The notes: a model not told the origin generated them from the sequence alone. 63,750 bases of DNA, filler included, from Octopus bimaculoides (GCF_001194135.2; 7 parts of 7 records of this genome joined end to end with filler, not necessarily neighbours in it), one strand, 5' to 3'; positions 12,101-24,196 are shown, counted from the first letter of the whole stretch. Program-made: numbers and translations.

Positions 12101-12252
12101 GATGAGACGTAAAACAATAACAATGGCGTGGGTTAGCCTCCGGAAGTTTAATTATCTACATGGAGCGTCGCCTAGCCAAGGGAGATAACCTACTTATAGG
12201 AAAGCGCATATACCTCCTTATTTTATTTATTTACTGTTTACTTCCTAAACTG

Positions 12253-12430
12253 TGTAGTAACGCCGTGCGCATGCGTAGTCTCACGCATGCGTGGAATTAA
12301 ACAAGCAAGCGTTCCCGCTTTAATCTTTCTCTTTTACGGTCGGCCGACCGTAAAAGAGAAAGATTAAAGCGGGAACGCTTGTTTAATTCCGCGCATGCGT
12401 GAGACTACGCATGCGCACGACGTTACTACA
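12253..12430. repeat. Zero-spacer palindrome, 178 bp (fold-back or MITE-like)
   Basis: Centre acggtcgg|ccgaccgt at 12343/12344; arms of 91 and 87 bp differ by 2 substitutions and one caag duplication. Confidence 0.95.
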
Positions 12431-12509
12431 GCTGTATTCTTTGTCAATAAATAAAACATTTTGCCCCACTCTATGTCGCTTGCTATTTACGTAAATATTT
12501 ATATTATTG

Positions 12510-12680
12510 ATAGATCTCAGACCAGCTCTGATCGAGCAGACCTATAGTCAAAAACATTTCAATTACAACCAGCTCGAATTTTATTCCAGAAAGTGTAAGA
12601 CCACAATGCAGTAGATAAGTTTTAACGGAGATTTGACTGCTATTTCTAAGTAGGTTTACGACCGCATAAAAGTTCTCTTC
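12510..12680 (+). mobile_element. Interspersed repeat family E, SINE-like
   Basis: ctgatcgagcagacctat ... ggagatttgactgctatttcta; related pieces near 13045 (+), 16290 (-), 41120 (-) and 46270-46450 (-). Confidence 0.55.
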
Positions 12681-15024
12681 GTATTGTTACTGTTGTGGTT
12701 AGCCCTAGATATACGGGAGATATTGTAACTTCCAGCATGGAATATAACAATGTGCCAGGTGTTGATAGGTGCTTACGTGCCTCCTCTAATCTTTAATTAA
12801 CGGACTCCCGTGACAAGCACCGTTGAGTAGGAAACAGCCCCCTCCTCACCCTGCCCAGGAAGTCCAGTTAATGTCCTGGTTTAGATTATTGATTTGCAAC
12901 AACTGCTACAACTCGTCACTGTTATTATGAGTCACTTATCTTGTGACTTACCAAAGGTGTACCAGCCGGGGCACTCCTGCGCCCATCCATATAAATGTGT
13001 GCATGAAACCAGAGACCACATTTAAGATGTTCGTTTACTAAGTAGAGTGTGATTTGAGGGAGATTTGGCTGTTATTTATAGTCGTTACTAACTGAGATTC
13101 TTTTGTTGGGTCGGGTTCACTCATTGTAGAGGATGTCTTCTGCCACTGCTTTACTTTGAGTAATACACGAGGAACTTGATAGATGGAAACTTGCGCGTAC
13201 GTATGTCGCGCTTTTAGATGCTCTCTTGTTACCCTCAATAACCGAAATGCAACGGAAACCTGTATCAACGTTATTGACTACAAACTACTATGGAAAATAG
13301 ACATTATTTGTAGTTCTTTTTAAAAGAATTTCATCTTATGTGGGTGTATGTGTATGTACATGTATGTCAGTATATGCGTGTGGGTCAGCGTGCTGCGATT
13401 AAATATTTCTCGTTTGTTTAAAATGCCATCAGATTTCCTGAATTTGACTAAGAAATTTTTCATCCAAACTTGTGAACATCCGCTTACAAAATGACATATC
13501 ACAGAGATGACATTTCAAAATTCACTCCTCACACACATACACATTTGTGCTCTCCAACTACAATATACACAACACACGATTAAATTCCAACCTTCACTGC
13601 GGTGGTGAACCGAGCATAGCTGGAGCACAAATTAATTAGTGAGATTGGACGATTATTTTGGTTACACACTCTGTCTTATATATAGTATAATCTGAAGATG
13701 GTATAGATATGCTATGTAATGACGCAATCTTTTACTGTGTCATGTTTGAAGCGTAAGTGTTCTGTGAATGATAATCACAGAAAAAATTAGTGTAGGACAA
13801 AATCCCTTAGAAAAAAAAATCTGAGGACACAACCCTCCTAGGACAAAAAAAAAAAAAGCAATATTTAAATCATAATTGTTATTCTTATTATTTGTAGTTT
13901 ATGAACACTTCTCTGAGATATAAAATATTATATTAATTATATAATAACCCCAGTAGCAAAAAGAACATCAACCATACCGTAGTTTTGAAAAATTAATCCA
14001 AACACAATATTGACAACCTCATTAAGAGTTGAGGTTCATTTAAAGTTCATTTAACTTAAACCTGAAGCTGTGCCCTACGCCATTCAGAAATCCCTCCATG
14101 GTCTTCCTCTCATTCACATAGTCTACAGTGGGGTTTTGTCCTGACCCCCACCCCCACCCGGAAAAATAGACACAAGAAAAGAGTTGCATTTTATTTCAAT
14201 ACTATAAACAACTAAAGTAATAATACAAAAATATTTGAAATCAGTTATCAACATCATGCGCATGATGACGTCTCTGGGACCACTAACCTGGGGTCACTCC
14301 AGCCCCATCAAGCAAGTGCAAGAAGCAACAACAGTTATTAACATGACTTGTACGTAATTTATGTACGATGGCATTACATATTCATGAAAAAAAAGTTCAT
14401 TCTTTGTATGAAAAGACATTACTTTATTTCACACTGAAAAAAAACGAAATTACTTTCTTGCCAACCTAATATAAGGGAGAAAACCACGAATTCAAAATTA
14501 AGATACCAAGAGTAGTCTCCCATAGCTTGCTACTTGAACTTTGGTGTATTTTTTTTTTATATTGTCTAGACATCTGCCCGAAATTAAAAATCAGATGCGT
14601 GTGTGCGTGTGTTCATTTTTTCTGTTAATAAAAAAATACAAGTATCGAATATGTGAAAACTGGAGCAACAAATTTTCCTAGAATTAGTATGCTGCTCATA
14701 ATTATATTGGAGATTAAAAGCAGGAAATATTATTTAGCTTAAAGTTATCTCTAATGAAGCAACACGCATGATCAAACGCATTTCTTTTCCTTTTTTAGAT
14801 GTAAGTTTATCTAGGATTACAGTAGGCAAGGGGTACATTTTTTAAATTTTATTGTATTTATGTAACCGTAACCCTAAAACTAACTCTAACCTTAAAACCC
14901 TGACCCTAACCCTAACTGTAAGTACAGAAATGTCTTGAAATTTTTGTCCGAATCATAATGTCCGTATTTTTCCGCATATTTAGAAAAAAAAGAAAGAAAA
15001 AATTCGTTATTTTGAACTATTGAT

Positions 15025-15254
15025 ATTCAGCGTGACAAGGCTGGCCCTTTGAATTACATGCACAACAGAAACAGGAAGTAAGAGAAAGTTGTGGTGAATG
15101 AGTACAGCAGGGTTCGCCACCATCCCCTGCCGGAGCTTTGTGGAGCTTTAGGTGTTTTCGTTCAATATACCCTCACAACGCCCGGTCTGGGAATCGAAAC
15201 CACGATCCTATGACCGCGAGTCTGCTGCCCTAACCACTGGGCCATTGCGCCTCC
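15025..15254 (-). mobile_element. SINE family B with tRNA(Arg)-like head
   Basis: Head ggcgcaatggcccagtggttagggcagcagactcgcggtcataggatcgtggtttcgattccc has A and B boxes; the body is shared with 40481-40761. Confidence 0.88.
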
Positions 15255-17617
15255 ACTAGTGACAAGTGTCTATGTACCATTTGTACCATGAAATCCTCAG
15301 ATTTTGATCTCTAATAGAGGCACAAAACTATAGGGGTATGGATGTAGTCAATTAGTTCATTACAACTTTACAGGAAACATACCGTATAACTCGGAAGACA
15401 TATTGTATAACCAGGAAGCAAACTTACTAGGCCTATACTAAAATAGAATAGAAGGAAAATAAAACATTTTTTTTTTCGGAAATTATAGTTTACCCCCTCC
15501 CCCTCTCTTTCGTTATTGGTGCAAGTTTTACCGCCTATATTGTGACCAGAAATTCTTTGGGTACAAATATATTTCCTTTTTAAAGAATTTTCCCATTGAA
15601 TTTTTTTTTGGGGGGGGGGAGATATGAAAGAATATTTTTACCATGTAGTTTTTCTTCGTCCAAGATTTTAATTAGTTTAATGAATAGTAAACAATATCAG
15701 GAAATAATCAGAGCAATTTTTGTTCTTAGATTTCTTTCTTCGTAATCTACACTGATAATTTTGTTGCATAAAATGAAAAATAAATAAACAACACATTTGA
15801 TTTTTTTTTCTTAATTATTAGTAAGTGTAAAATTTTGTTATACAAAAAATTTTTTTTATACAGATAGATTTTTTTTTATTTGATTATATTTTCAATAAAA
15901 AGTTTTTATTTCTTTGAAAAACAAAAGCATACGTGTACATGTTAGAAAACTATTGAAACAGTATACACACATACATACGTGTATATACCTGCATGTCTAC
16001 ATTGTGTGTATGCTCATGCATATACATGTGTGTGGATGTGCATGCATATGTGTTGAGAATTGTATGTATGTATGTATGTACGTGCAATATTCTGTATGTA
16101 TGCATTAAATCATGCACACAATTATTCGTGATTTATAAACCAGTACATTAAATCATTTCTGTATCAAACTATTCTTCGCTGAATGAAATAGTATTTAATT
16201 CAAAAGCGATTACTTAGAGAGAATAAAAAACTGAACCATATTTTTTAGTACGTAATTCTTTAATTATCTAAGCTCAAGAGTCTCTACACGGTCTCTCGAT
16301 CAGCTAGAAATAAGCAGTTCCTTCAACACTCTATTATCTTGGAAAAGAAAAGGAAGGACATATTGAATAATGTGATCCTATCTGCTCCCAAAGGAATGTG
16401 GTCATCTTAGCTGCAAAATCTTTGATTATAGATCTGCTCAGTGCTAACCAAGGGTTAAACAGTGACAACATATCAATCATCATCAACATCCACAGCATAG
16501 TTAAAGCAAAACCTGCAAAGCAGTACAATATCTCCAGCGAGTCAAAGAATCGTAATTAGTGCAGCCAATTTACTAAATTAACGGAGTTGGAGAGCGTTGA
16601 TACCTTTCAAAATAAAGGAAATGATTCCAAGGTGGACTCGAAACTGGACCTCAACCACCATTACCCTATAAACACCTAATATTATCTCTACTAAGTGAAA
16701 ATTAATAGGAAGATACTCAGAGGTGCGTACGTGTGTGAGAAAGCGTGTTCGTGTATACAACAGCAGACGAGGTGGAAGGAAGAACAGAAGACGAAAGCAG
16801 CGACAATAATATAAGCTCAGTGAAAGAAGAAAATAGCTACGTGCATGTAGTTACTGTTGCTCGCGACGTATTATCATGACAACTGTACACCATAATTTTT
16901 ACATTCTCTTACCACAACCTGTTTACTTAGAACAAACCAGAAGCTCGACATTGTTTCCTCTTCCCCACTCATCCTCCCCCTTTTTTTTTTCTTTCTCTTC
17001 CAGTCAATTTATTCTTCCTTACAATTTGTTTCCGCTATTTCCCTAACTCAATAATCCTCATTTAAAAAAAAACATTATTTTTCTCATCTGTAAACTGTCT
17101 TTATTCTTCCACAAAACAGTTCTCTCCCCACCCTCTTTCTATAGATGTATGAATATGTGTGTGTTTGTGTACATATTTGTGTATATCAGTTGTAGGGGAA
17201 GTTGATTACTCTCTACGCCGTGGAAACACCAGATTAACAGGTAACAAGTTATACACGCACACGTATATACATATATATTTTACATATACGCGCACGCGTG
17301 TGAGTGTGTATATGTATGACTTAAATCCGCAAAAGTGACAGTGACTCAAGGGTCAACAGTTTCATCTATCGCACCTACCAAACCATGTTTGATAAGTCTT
17401 GTGGACGAAAATCTAGCCAGTGAGTCATTGTAAATTCCGCCGATTAAAATAATAATAATTCTTTAAGGAAAAGATCCATACTTTGTACTATAGGAACAAA
17501 GCCTGAATTTTTTTTTCTTTTAGAGTTTGTCAGTTATATTGAGCATAGTGCTCAACTGGTACTTATTTCATCCTTTCGAATCGATGACATGCGCGCGCAC
17601 ACACACACACATATAAG

Positions 17618-17917
17618 AGAAGAAAAAGAAAATGGAGATTAGGAAGTTAATAATTGTTTATTAGTAACAGCAAATTAATCATCAGCCCTTACAGCTGTTT
17701 CAATTAATACTCAGTAAATATTAAATAAATATTAAATTTATATGACCTGAGTATAATTATTTTTTCCCTCTGAAGATATTATGCTCAGGTCATATAAATT
17801 TAATATATGCTTAAAATTTACTGTGTATTAATTGAAACAGCTGTAAGGGATGATGATTAATTTCCTGTTAATAATAAACAATTATTAACTTCTCAATCTC
17901 CGTTTTCTTTTTCTTCT
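17618..17917. repeat. Fold-back with 140-bp arms and 20-nt spacer, probable PLE terminus with inverted tail
   Basis: 17618-17757 is the reverse complement of 17778-17917 (about 85-90% by eye); spacer tattttttccctctgaagat. Confidence 0.92.
17765..17850 (+). ncRNA. Type I hammerhead ribozyme motif
   Basis: TCCCT(17765)-CTGAAGA(17770)-tATTA...TAATt-GAA(17834)-ACAGCTGT-A(17845)-AGGGA: 5-bp stem I, full core, palindromic stem III, GUA triplet. Confidence 0.72.
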
Positions 17918-17988
17918 TTCATGTGAATATAAACTATGTTTTTATATATATACCTATTATTTTAAGGAAATTAATTTCCCAAAAACAT

Positions 17989-18861
17989 CTTGCAGATTTC
18001 AAAACACTAGCAGGAATTTTCTAAAATGTAAACATGGCCCAAAAATCTCAATTCTGGAGTTAAGGATGTTCCCTGGTTGAGTGAGTCTGTTAGGATTCTC
18101 GCGTGTTTAGCAAGGCTTAATTTGCAATACTTTATCCCATTGATATAGCATGAACAACACACACAGGGGTGATAACATTACCAATGCCACCACCACCTCC
18201 AGTGATGCCAGCCCCAGCTCCAACAACAATACCGTTGGCAACAGCAACAACAGGCGCAGCACCAACAACACGTACTTACAGAGATACATTGGATGTACTC
18301 GGAATTCTCTCAAGCAATGTAACTCCAAACATAGGTCTTCCTTCAGAGTTCCGGAAAGGAGATACGTAATATTTTTGGTCAGTCACATCTGGCAACTAAG
18401 AGACAATGGGATCCCATACTCACTCTCATGAAAAATCCTTGAAAACCCAGGCCCCTACATCAATAGGACGAAGCATTGCAAGTTATGCATAGCTGAATGT
18501 GCAAGCATCCTAAAAGACTCGCCTGAACCAGGGAACATCCTTAACTCCAGAATGGAGATTTTGGGGCCATGTTTACTTTGTAGGAAATTCCTGCTAGTGT
18601 TTTGGAATCTGCAAGATAGCAATACAGCCAGAAGTCAATAGCCAATATTTTTACCTTTGTAGCTTTTTGGAGCCTGCAAGATGGCAGCATGGCTGGAAGT
18701 CAATATCCAATGGTAAAGAGAGATAATCCCCTATTGTTTATCTTTGTAGCGAAGCTTTTCCCACTCCATATTTTGAAGAGGTCTTACGCCAACAGGTTTT
18801 GGGGTCTGACAATACACCATAAAGCTAAACTCTTTATGGACAGGAAACCCAGAGTAATCCC
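17989..18861 (+). mobile_element. Penelope-like element: GIY-YIG endonuclease relic with inverted copy of its 3' end
   Basis: RYIGCTRNSLKQCNSKHRSSFR...SHIWQLRDNGIPYSLS*KILENPGPYINRTKHCKLCIAE...LNSRMEILGPC..CRKFLL matches the PLE endonuclease layout; 17989-18102 is the reverse complement of about 18500-18617. Confidence 0.85.
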
Positions 18862-18985
18862 ATAAACCAGCTTTCCCCATTAAAATACACACTGCTCTAC
18901 ATGTTAGAGTGTGCTTCTTCTCTGGATTTGTTTTCTACAAATGATATCTATATATAACCGCGTGTGTATCGTTGGCAATTTCCGC

Positions 18986-19279
18986 AGCACCATAGTAAAC
19001 TGCTACAAAGGTAAAGGTGACGCTTTAGACACTAATAATTACAGCGGCATCAAGCTGTTAGATCACGTTATGAAAGTTACGGAGAGGGTCATAGCCCAAC
19101 TAATTAGGGAGCAAATCAATTTAGATGAGATGCAGTTTGGGTTCGTGCCAGGTAAAAGCACCAATGATGCCATATTTCTAGTGAGACAGCTGCAGAAGAA
19201 ATATCTAGCCAAGGATAAACCTCTGTACCTGGCCTTCGTTGACATGGAGAAAGCCTTTGACAGTGTCCCCCGATCCCTT
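18986..19279 (+). mobile_element. RTE-clade LINE reverse-transcriptase fragment
   Basis: STIVNCYKGKGDALDTNNYSGIKLLDHVMKVTERVIAQLIRE...FVDMEKAFDSVPRSL; about 13 differences in about 250 nt versus the 8474 copy; cut by a gap. Confidence 0.93.
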
Positions 19280-19379
19280 NNNNNNNNNNNNNNNNNNNNN
19301 NNNNNNNNNNNNNNNNNNNNNNNTTAATTAATTAANNNNNNNNNNNNNNNNNNNNNNNNNNNNNNNNNNNNNNNNNNNN

Positions 19380-19413
<34 letters not shown>

Positions 19414-19980
19414 GGGACCATTCCCATACCGCTGAACTTGATGCCGCAAATATTCTGTTGAAAATATTGCTGGTCAACACATACAGGAAAGAAAGACAAG
19501 ATGTTAGGCAGCGTCATAATTAATTCTTGGATTAATTATCATAGAGATGCAAGAGGTGAGAACAATAGGAAGATAACTGGCCGAGTCAGAGTCATCTCTA
19601 ATTTATCTCGGTAGAAAGTGAAAGCTTAAAATTTTTGATGAGTGTGAGCTAATTTTGAGGCACGTTGCTAATGTATAATGAAAAGGGTATCGTCAAGGTG
19701 GATTGCGCTGTTCTTTTAAAGTTATTAGAGGTATTTCCACACTTGGTGTGTGTGTGTGTGTGTGTTTTGTCTATTTGTCTGTGCGGCGAAGGAGACCTAT
19801 TGTATTAGAAGACGGTAAATTTGGAAAAGATTGGCCAAGGGTACGAGGTATGGAGATGGATGCAAAATGCAAACCAACTTTCTTTTTCTATGAGGATACT
19901 GCTTACAGAGCCACTACTGTATAGAAGAGGCGAAAACATGAATTCTGCTAAGTTGGTAGAGACTTGAAAGATCATTTGCA

Positions 19981-20049
<69 letters not shown>

Positions 20050-20522
20050 ATCTCCGGGCGCGTGCGCGCATTAATAGAATTTAAAGCAATTGTTCAGCTT
20101 CAATTTTCTCAACATCTCTGTAACAACTTTTTATTAGTGCGAGACATTAGAATGAAATGAGAGTGGGGGTACTGGGGGATGATAGTTGCAGTGGCGGAGG
20201 TGGTAGTGGTGGTGGCGGTAGCAGTAGTGTTGTTGCTGTTGGTGGTGGTGGTGGAGGGGTTCCTTAGAAGGAAGCTTCATGTATAGCGTATAATTTTCTT
20301 ATTGATAACTTTCACACGTACGTCCATACACACGCACGCATACGTACATACGTACACACACACATACTCAAACACATACACACTTACATATACACACATA
20401 AGATATACATACCTACATGCATACTTAAATATATACATACACAAACATACTTATACTCACATAATTGCGACATTTAGCTTGACATAACTGAATCTTTAGT
20501 TACTCTTGACTCTCATTTAGAC

Positions 20523-20554
<32 letters not shown>

Positions 20555-20629
20555 CATACATACATACATACATACATTCATGCATACATACACGCATACA
20601 TACATATATATACGCATATACACGCATAT

Positions 20630-20687
<58 letters not shown>

Positions 20688-20724
20688 ANNNNNNNNNNNN
20701 NNNNNNNNNNNNNNNNNNNNNNNN

Positions 20725-20765
<41 letters not shown>

Positions 20766-20767
<2 letters not shown>

Positions 20768-21667
20768 ATGGGGTACCCAAAAGTAACCGGAAACGTTCTC
20801 TGGGGGACAAACCCGTTGTAGTTCAGGCTTCCGCCGCTTGAGGCCTCTTGGTGCAACCCTCAAGCATCAGTCTGCTGCACGGCAGCGTCAACTGAAGTCG
20901 TACTGCCAAGTGGTGCGTCTTTGTCTTGCAGTGCTTCTCCCATATTCGTGGATTTTTGCGACAGCTGAAATGAAGGAACATCTTGCTTCCATGAAATTCT
21001 GTTTCCTACTGGGGAAAACGGCCGTCGAAACTGTTGTCATGCTTCAAACAGCTTATAAGGACGCTGCCATGCGCAAAACCCTAGTTTACGAGTGGTTTCC
21101 ACGCTTTTGGAATGGTTACTTGTCGCGTGAAGACCAACCTCGTTCAAAGCGACCGTCGACTTCCCGAACGAATGAAAACATGAAAATTCATGAACTGATG
21201 TTGGAGGACCGTCATTGAACAACTGATGAACTTGTTGATATGTCTGGTGTGTCTTGGAGCTCCTGTCAACGAATTTTGAGCGAGGAATTGCAAATGAAAA
21301 GAGTTTCAGCAAAATTTGTTCCTCGCTTGCTCACAGAAGATCAAAAGTAGTCACGACTGAATGCATATCCTGAACTGAAAGAATAGTTGAAAGTTGATCC
21401 GGACCTTTTCCGAAGGTCATCACTGGTGACGAAAGCTGCTGCTACAGAATTTGCAGATGTGGAAGAGATGAAGGAAAAAACGACGGAGGTGCTAAAAGGC
21501 ATCACTTTGCAAGAGTTCCAAGACTGCTTCGAACAGTGAAAAATGCACCTGGACCGATGTATTGCTTCAAATGGAGAATAGTTTGAAGGTGATAAAAGTG
21601 TAAACATGCGAAACTAAGTGAATAAAATAATATTGCAAAATTCCGGTTTCTTTTGGTTACCCCTTCG
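20766..21667 (+). mobile_element. Internally deleted mariner (irritans-like), 902 bp, both TIRs
   Basis: 27-bp TIRs at 20766-20792 and 21641-21667 (24/27 match), TA on the right. Transposase from ATG 20970: MKEHLASMKFCFLLGK...KFVPRLLT...VITGDE, then jumps to RFADVEE...DRCIASNGE; stops and frameshifts. Confidence 0.92.
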
Positions 21668-22418
21668 TAGATAGACACTGACATACACCATACACACATT
21701 TATATAGATCTCAGCATTGTATTACATTTGTGTATCGAATTAATACATCCAAGTAATGATACCAATATTATTTTATATACGAAAATGCACTACAAAAGCA
21801 TTGCTAACAAACGTAGAAGTGGGAGAGAAAGTTAGATACGAGTATGAGAGGATAGACTTTGCTACATGTTTATATTCTTCCTTCTTCTTTCTATCCTACT
21901 ATCGCTCTCACCCTCACAATTTTTTACTTTCTGCTCTTTATCTTGCATGTTTACTTTAACTTTCACCCTTAGCATCTCACTTCTTAGAATTCTCTGTCTC
22001 ACACTCTCTTTATCTCTCAACGCTCCATATTTTCTCCATTCACCAGTATCAACACCAACGTCACCGTTGCCCCAGCCACTCATTACAACTACCAACTGTT
22101 TCTTTATTACTCAACAATCGCATTTGTTTCTACCACTTCCAGGAGCCCATCGGCTGCATTGAGACAATTTTCTTGGTATAACAGCGCCGGCTTGTTTCAA
22201 GTTCAACCGTTAGTTTGATATTATAGCGTGACCCTAATAACTTGCAATACTCCAAACTTTGCGAATGTGCAAAATTAGAGCGAGCGATAGGTTTCTAATT
22301 TTTAGCAGTTGTTCTGTTTTATCTTTTATAGTCATGGTACATTGTATGCATGAATATATGTAGATGTGTATGTATGCATGTGTACATATATGTATGTATG
22401 TGCATGTATGTATAAATA

Positions 22419-22474
<56 letters not shown>

Positions 22475-23069
22475 ATATACGTACAAATATACATATATAC
22501 TTTTCTAATATTCATGTGTATTGACTTTTCTCATTGTTGATGTTGTTGCCTATATAGGAACAAATGTAATTCTTTCCCAAATAAATTGCACTTCATTTCC
22601 GAGGCTCCGATGAGGCTATAACATGTTATTCAGGTACTCAACTATGAGTTTACTGCATCCTATAGCAGAAACAGCAGTACGCTAATGGAGTTCATAAGAT
22701 AATCATTTATTCCTTTGTCATCTTTCTTTCATATAACCACTCTATACTCTGCCAACACTTCGTTCTGAAACATACTACATACGTACATCGGGTTATTGGT
22801 CTCTCAATGCTTAAGCGAAATATTATATACACATACACACATATATCTGTCCGTCTATCTGTTTATCTGTCTACCCGTGCGTCTGTCTGCCTGTCTGTCT
22901 GTCTGTCTGTATGTATGTATGTATGTATGTATATTCTACTTGTGGCCAAGTTTTCTCTTGCCAACTGTATACAAACACACACACACGTTGATTCATGTAT
23001 ATGTAAATGTATGTATCTATCTACCCATCTACCGATCTACTATTCATACATATTCGCATGACTCACTGT

Positions 23070-23390
23070 TTAGCGCGTGGGGCTCACAATCATGAAGTAC
23101 TGAGTTCGATTCGCAGACTGGGCTGTGTGTTGTGTTCTTGAGCAAGACACTTTATTTCATGTTGCTCCAGTTCACTCATCTGTAGAAATGAATTGCGACG
23201 TCACTGGTGCCCAGTTGTATCGGCTTTTGCCTTTCCCTTGGGTAACATCATTGGCATGGAGAAGGGAGGCTGGTATGCATGAGTGACTGCTGGTCTTCCA
23301 TAAACAACCTTGCCCGGACTTGTGCCTCGTCGGAGAACTTTTGAGGCGCAATCCCATGGTCATTCATCAACAAATGTAGTCTTTACCCTT
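23070..23390 (+). mobile_element. SINE family D
   Basis: Colinear with 10785-11082. Confidence 0.85.
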
Positions 23391-23619
23391 ACTCTTTACA
23401 CACGCACGCGCACGCACGCGCGCGCGCACACACACTCACACACACACACACACACACACACACTGCCACTCACAATCGTGTACGACCTGGCAGCTTATAC
23501 CATTATTTCGCTCGTTGTTTTAGGTGTATAATAGAGTCGCCTGCAGATGTAGTTTCCCATTCGATCCTCATATCCTTGACCCAGTGGACCATCGCGGATG
23601 TGATCGATCGAAGAGGCCA

Positions 23620-23775
23620 ACACTAGGCTAGTACTCACTGCCAGATGAGTAAATAGGAGCAATATGAAACAAAGTGTCTTGCTCAAGGACGAAACGCGGT
23701 GCCCTATTCAGGAATAGAACCCACGAAATTACGATATCTGTCCATCACCTCTAGCCACTACGCTATGTGTCTTCA
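23620..23775 (-). mobile_element. Decayed SINE head related to family D
   Basis: Minus strand: tagcgtagtggctag ... gggttctattcc ... ccttgagcaagacactttgtttcatattgctcc. Confidence 0.6.
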
Positions 23776-24145
23776 TGCATGCACCCGATGCACACACACA
23801 CACGCTACGCGATTATTGACAATTCTTATAAAAGTAATTTGATATGAATAAAGAGAAAAACTATGAATTTCTTGTACTACACGCACACACTCACACATAG
23901 AAATACACGTGCACACACATACACACACACTCACTCACTTTATATATACACAAGCACACACAAAAACACACACACACACTTACTCACTTTCATATATACA
24001 CAAGCACACAGAAAGCATACACATACCCATGCACTCATATATGCACAATTTATACACATGCATATATATACATGTGCATGCAAGCACACACATTATGCAA
24101 ACAGGCACGCATACATGATTACATACACTTACACACACATGCGCG

Positions 24146-24196
<51 letters not shown>

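Noticed and set aside
13780-14150. Repeated ggacaaaa/ggacacaa motifs with an inverted ttttgtcc partner
   Set aside because: Probably a non-autonomous DNA element, but I could not define its termini or TSD.
15180-15254. tRNA-like sequence (also at 40700, 45200 and 63600)
   Set aside because: A and B boxes are present, but the sequence continues into a SINE body, lacks a full cloverleaf acceptor stem and has no poly-T terminator; these are SINE heads, not tRNA genes.
16760-16845. Acidic exon-like stretch ADEVEGRTEDESSDNNISSVKEENSY
   Set aside because: Weak acceptor, non-consensus donor and no recognisable homology.
19790-19924. Protein-like ORF tail IVLEDGKFGKDWPRVRGMEMDAKCKPTFFFYEDTAY
   Set aside because: No motif recognised and no convincing splice sites; length is within chance expectation.
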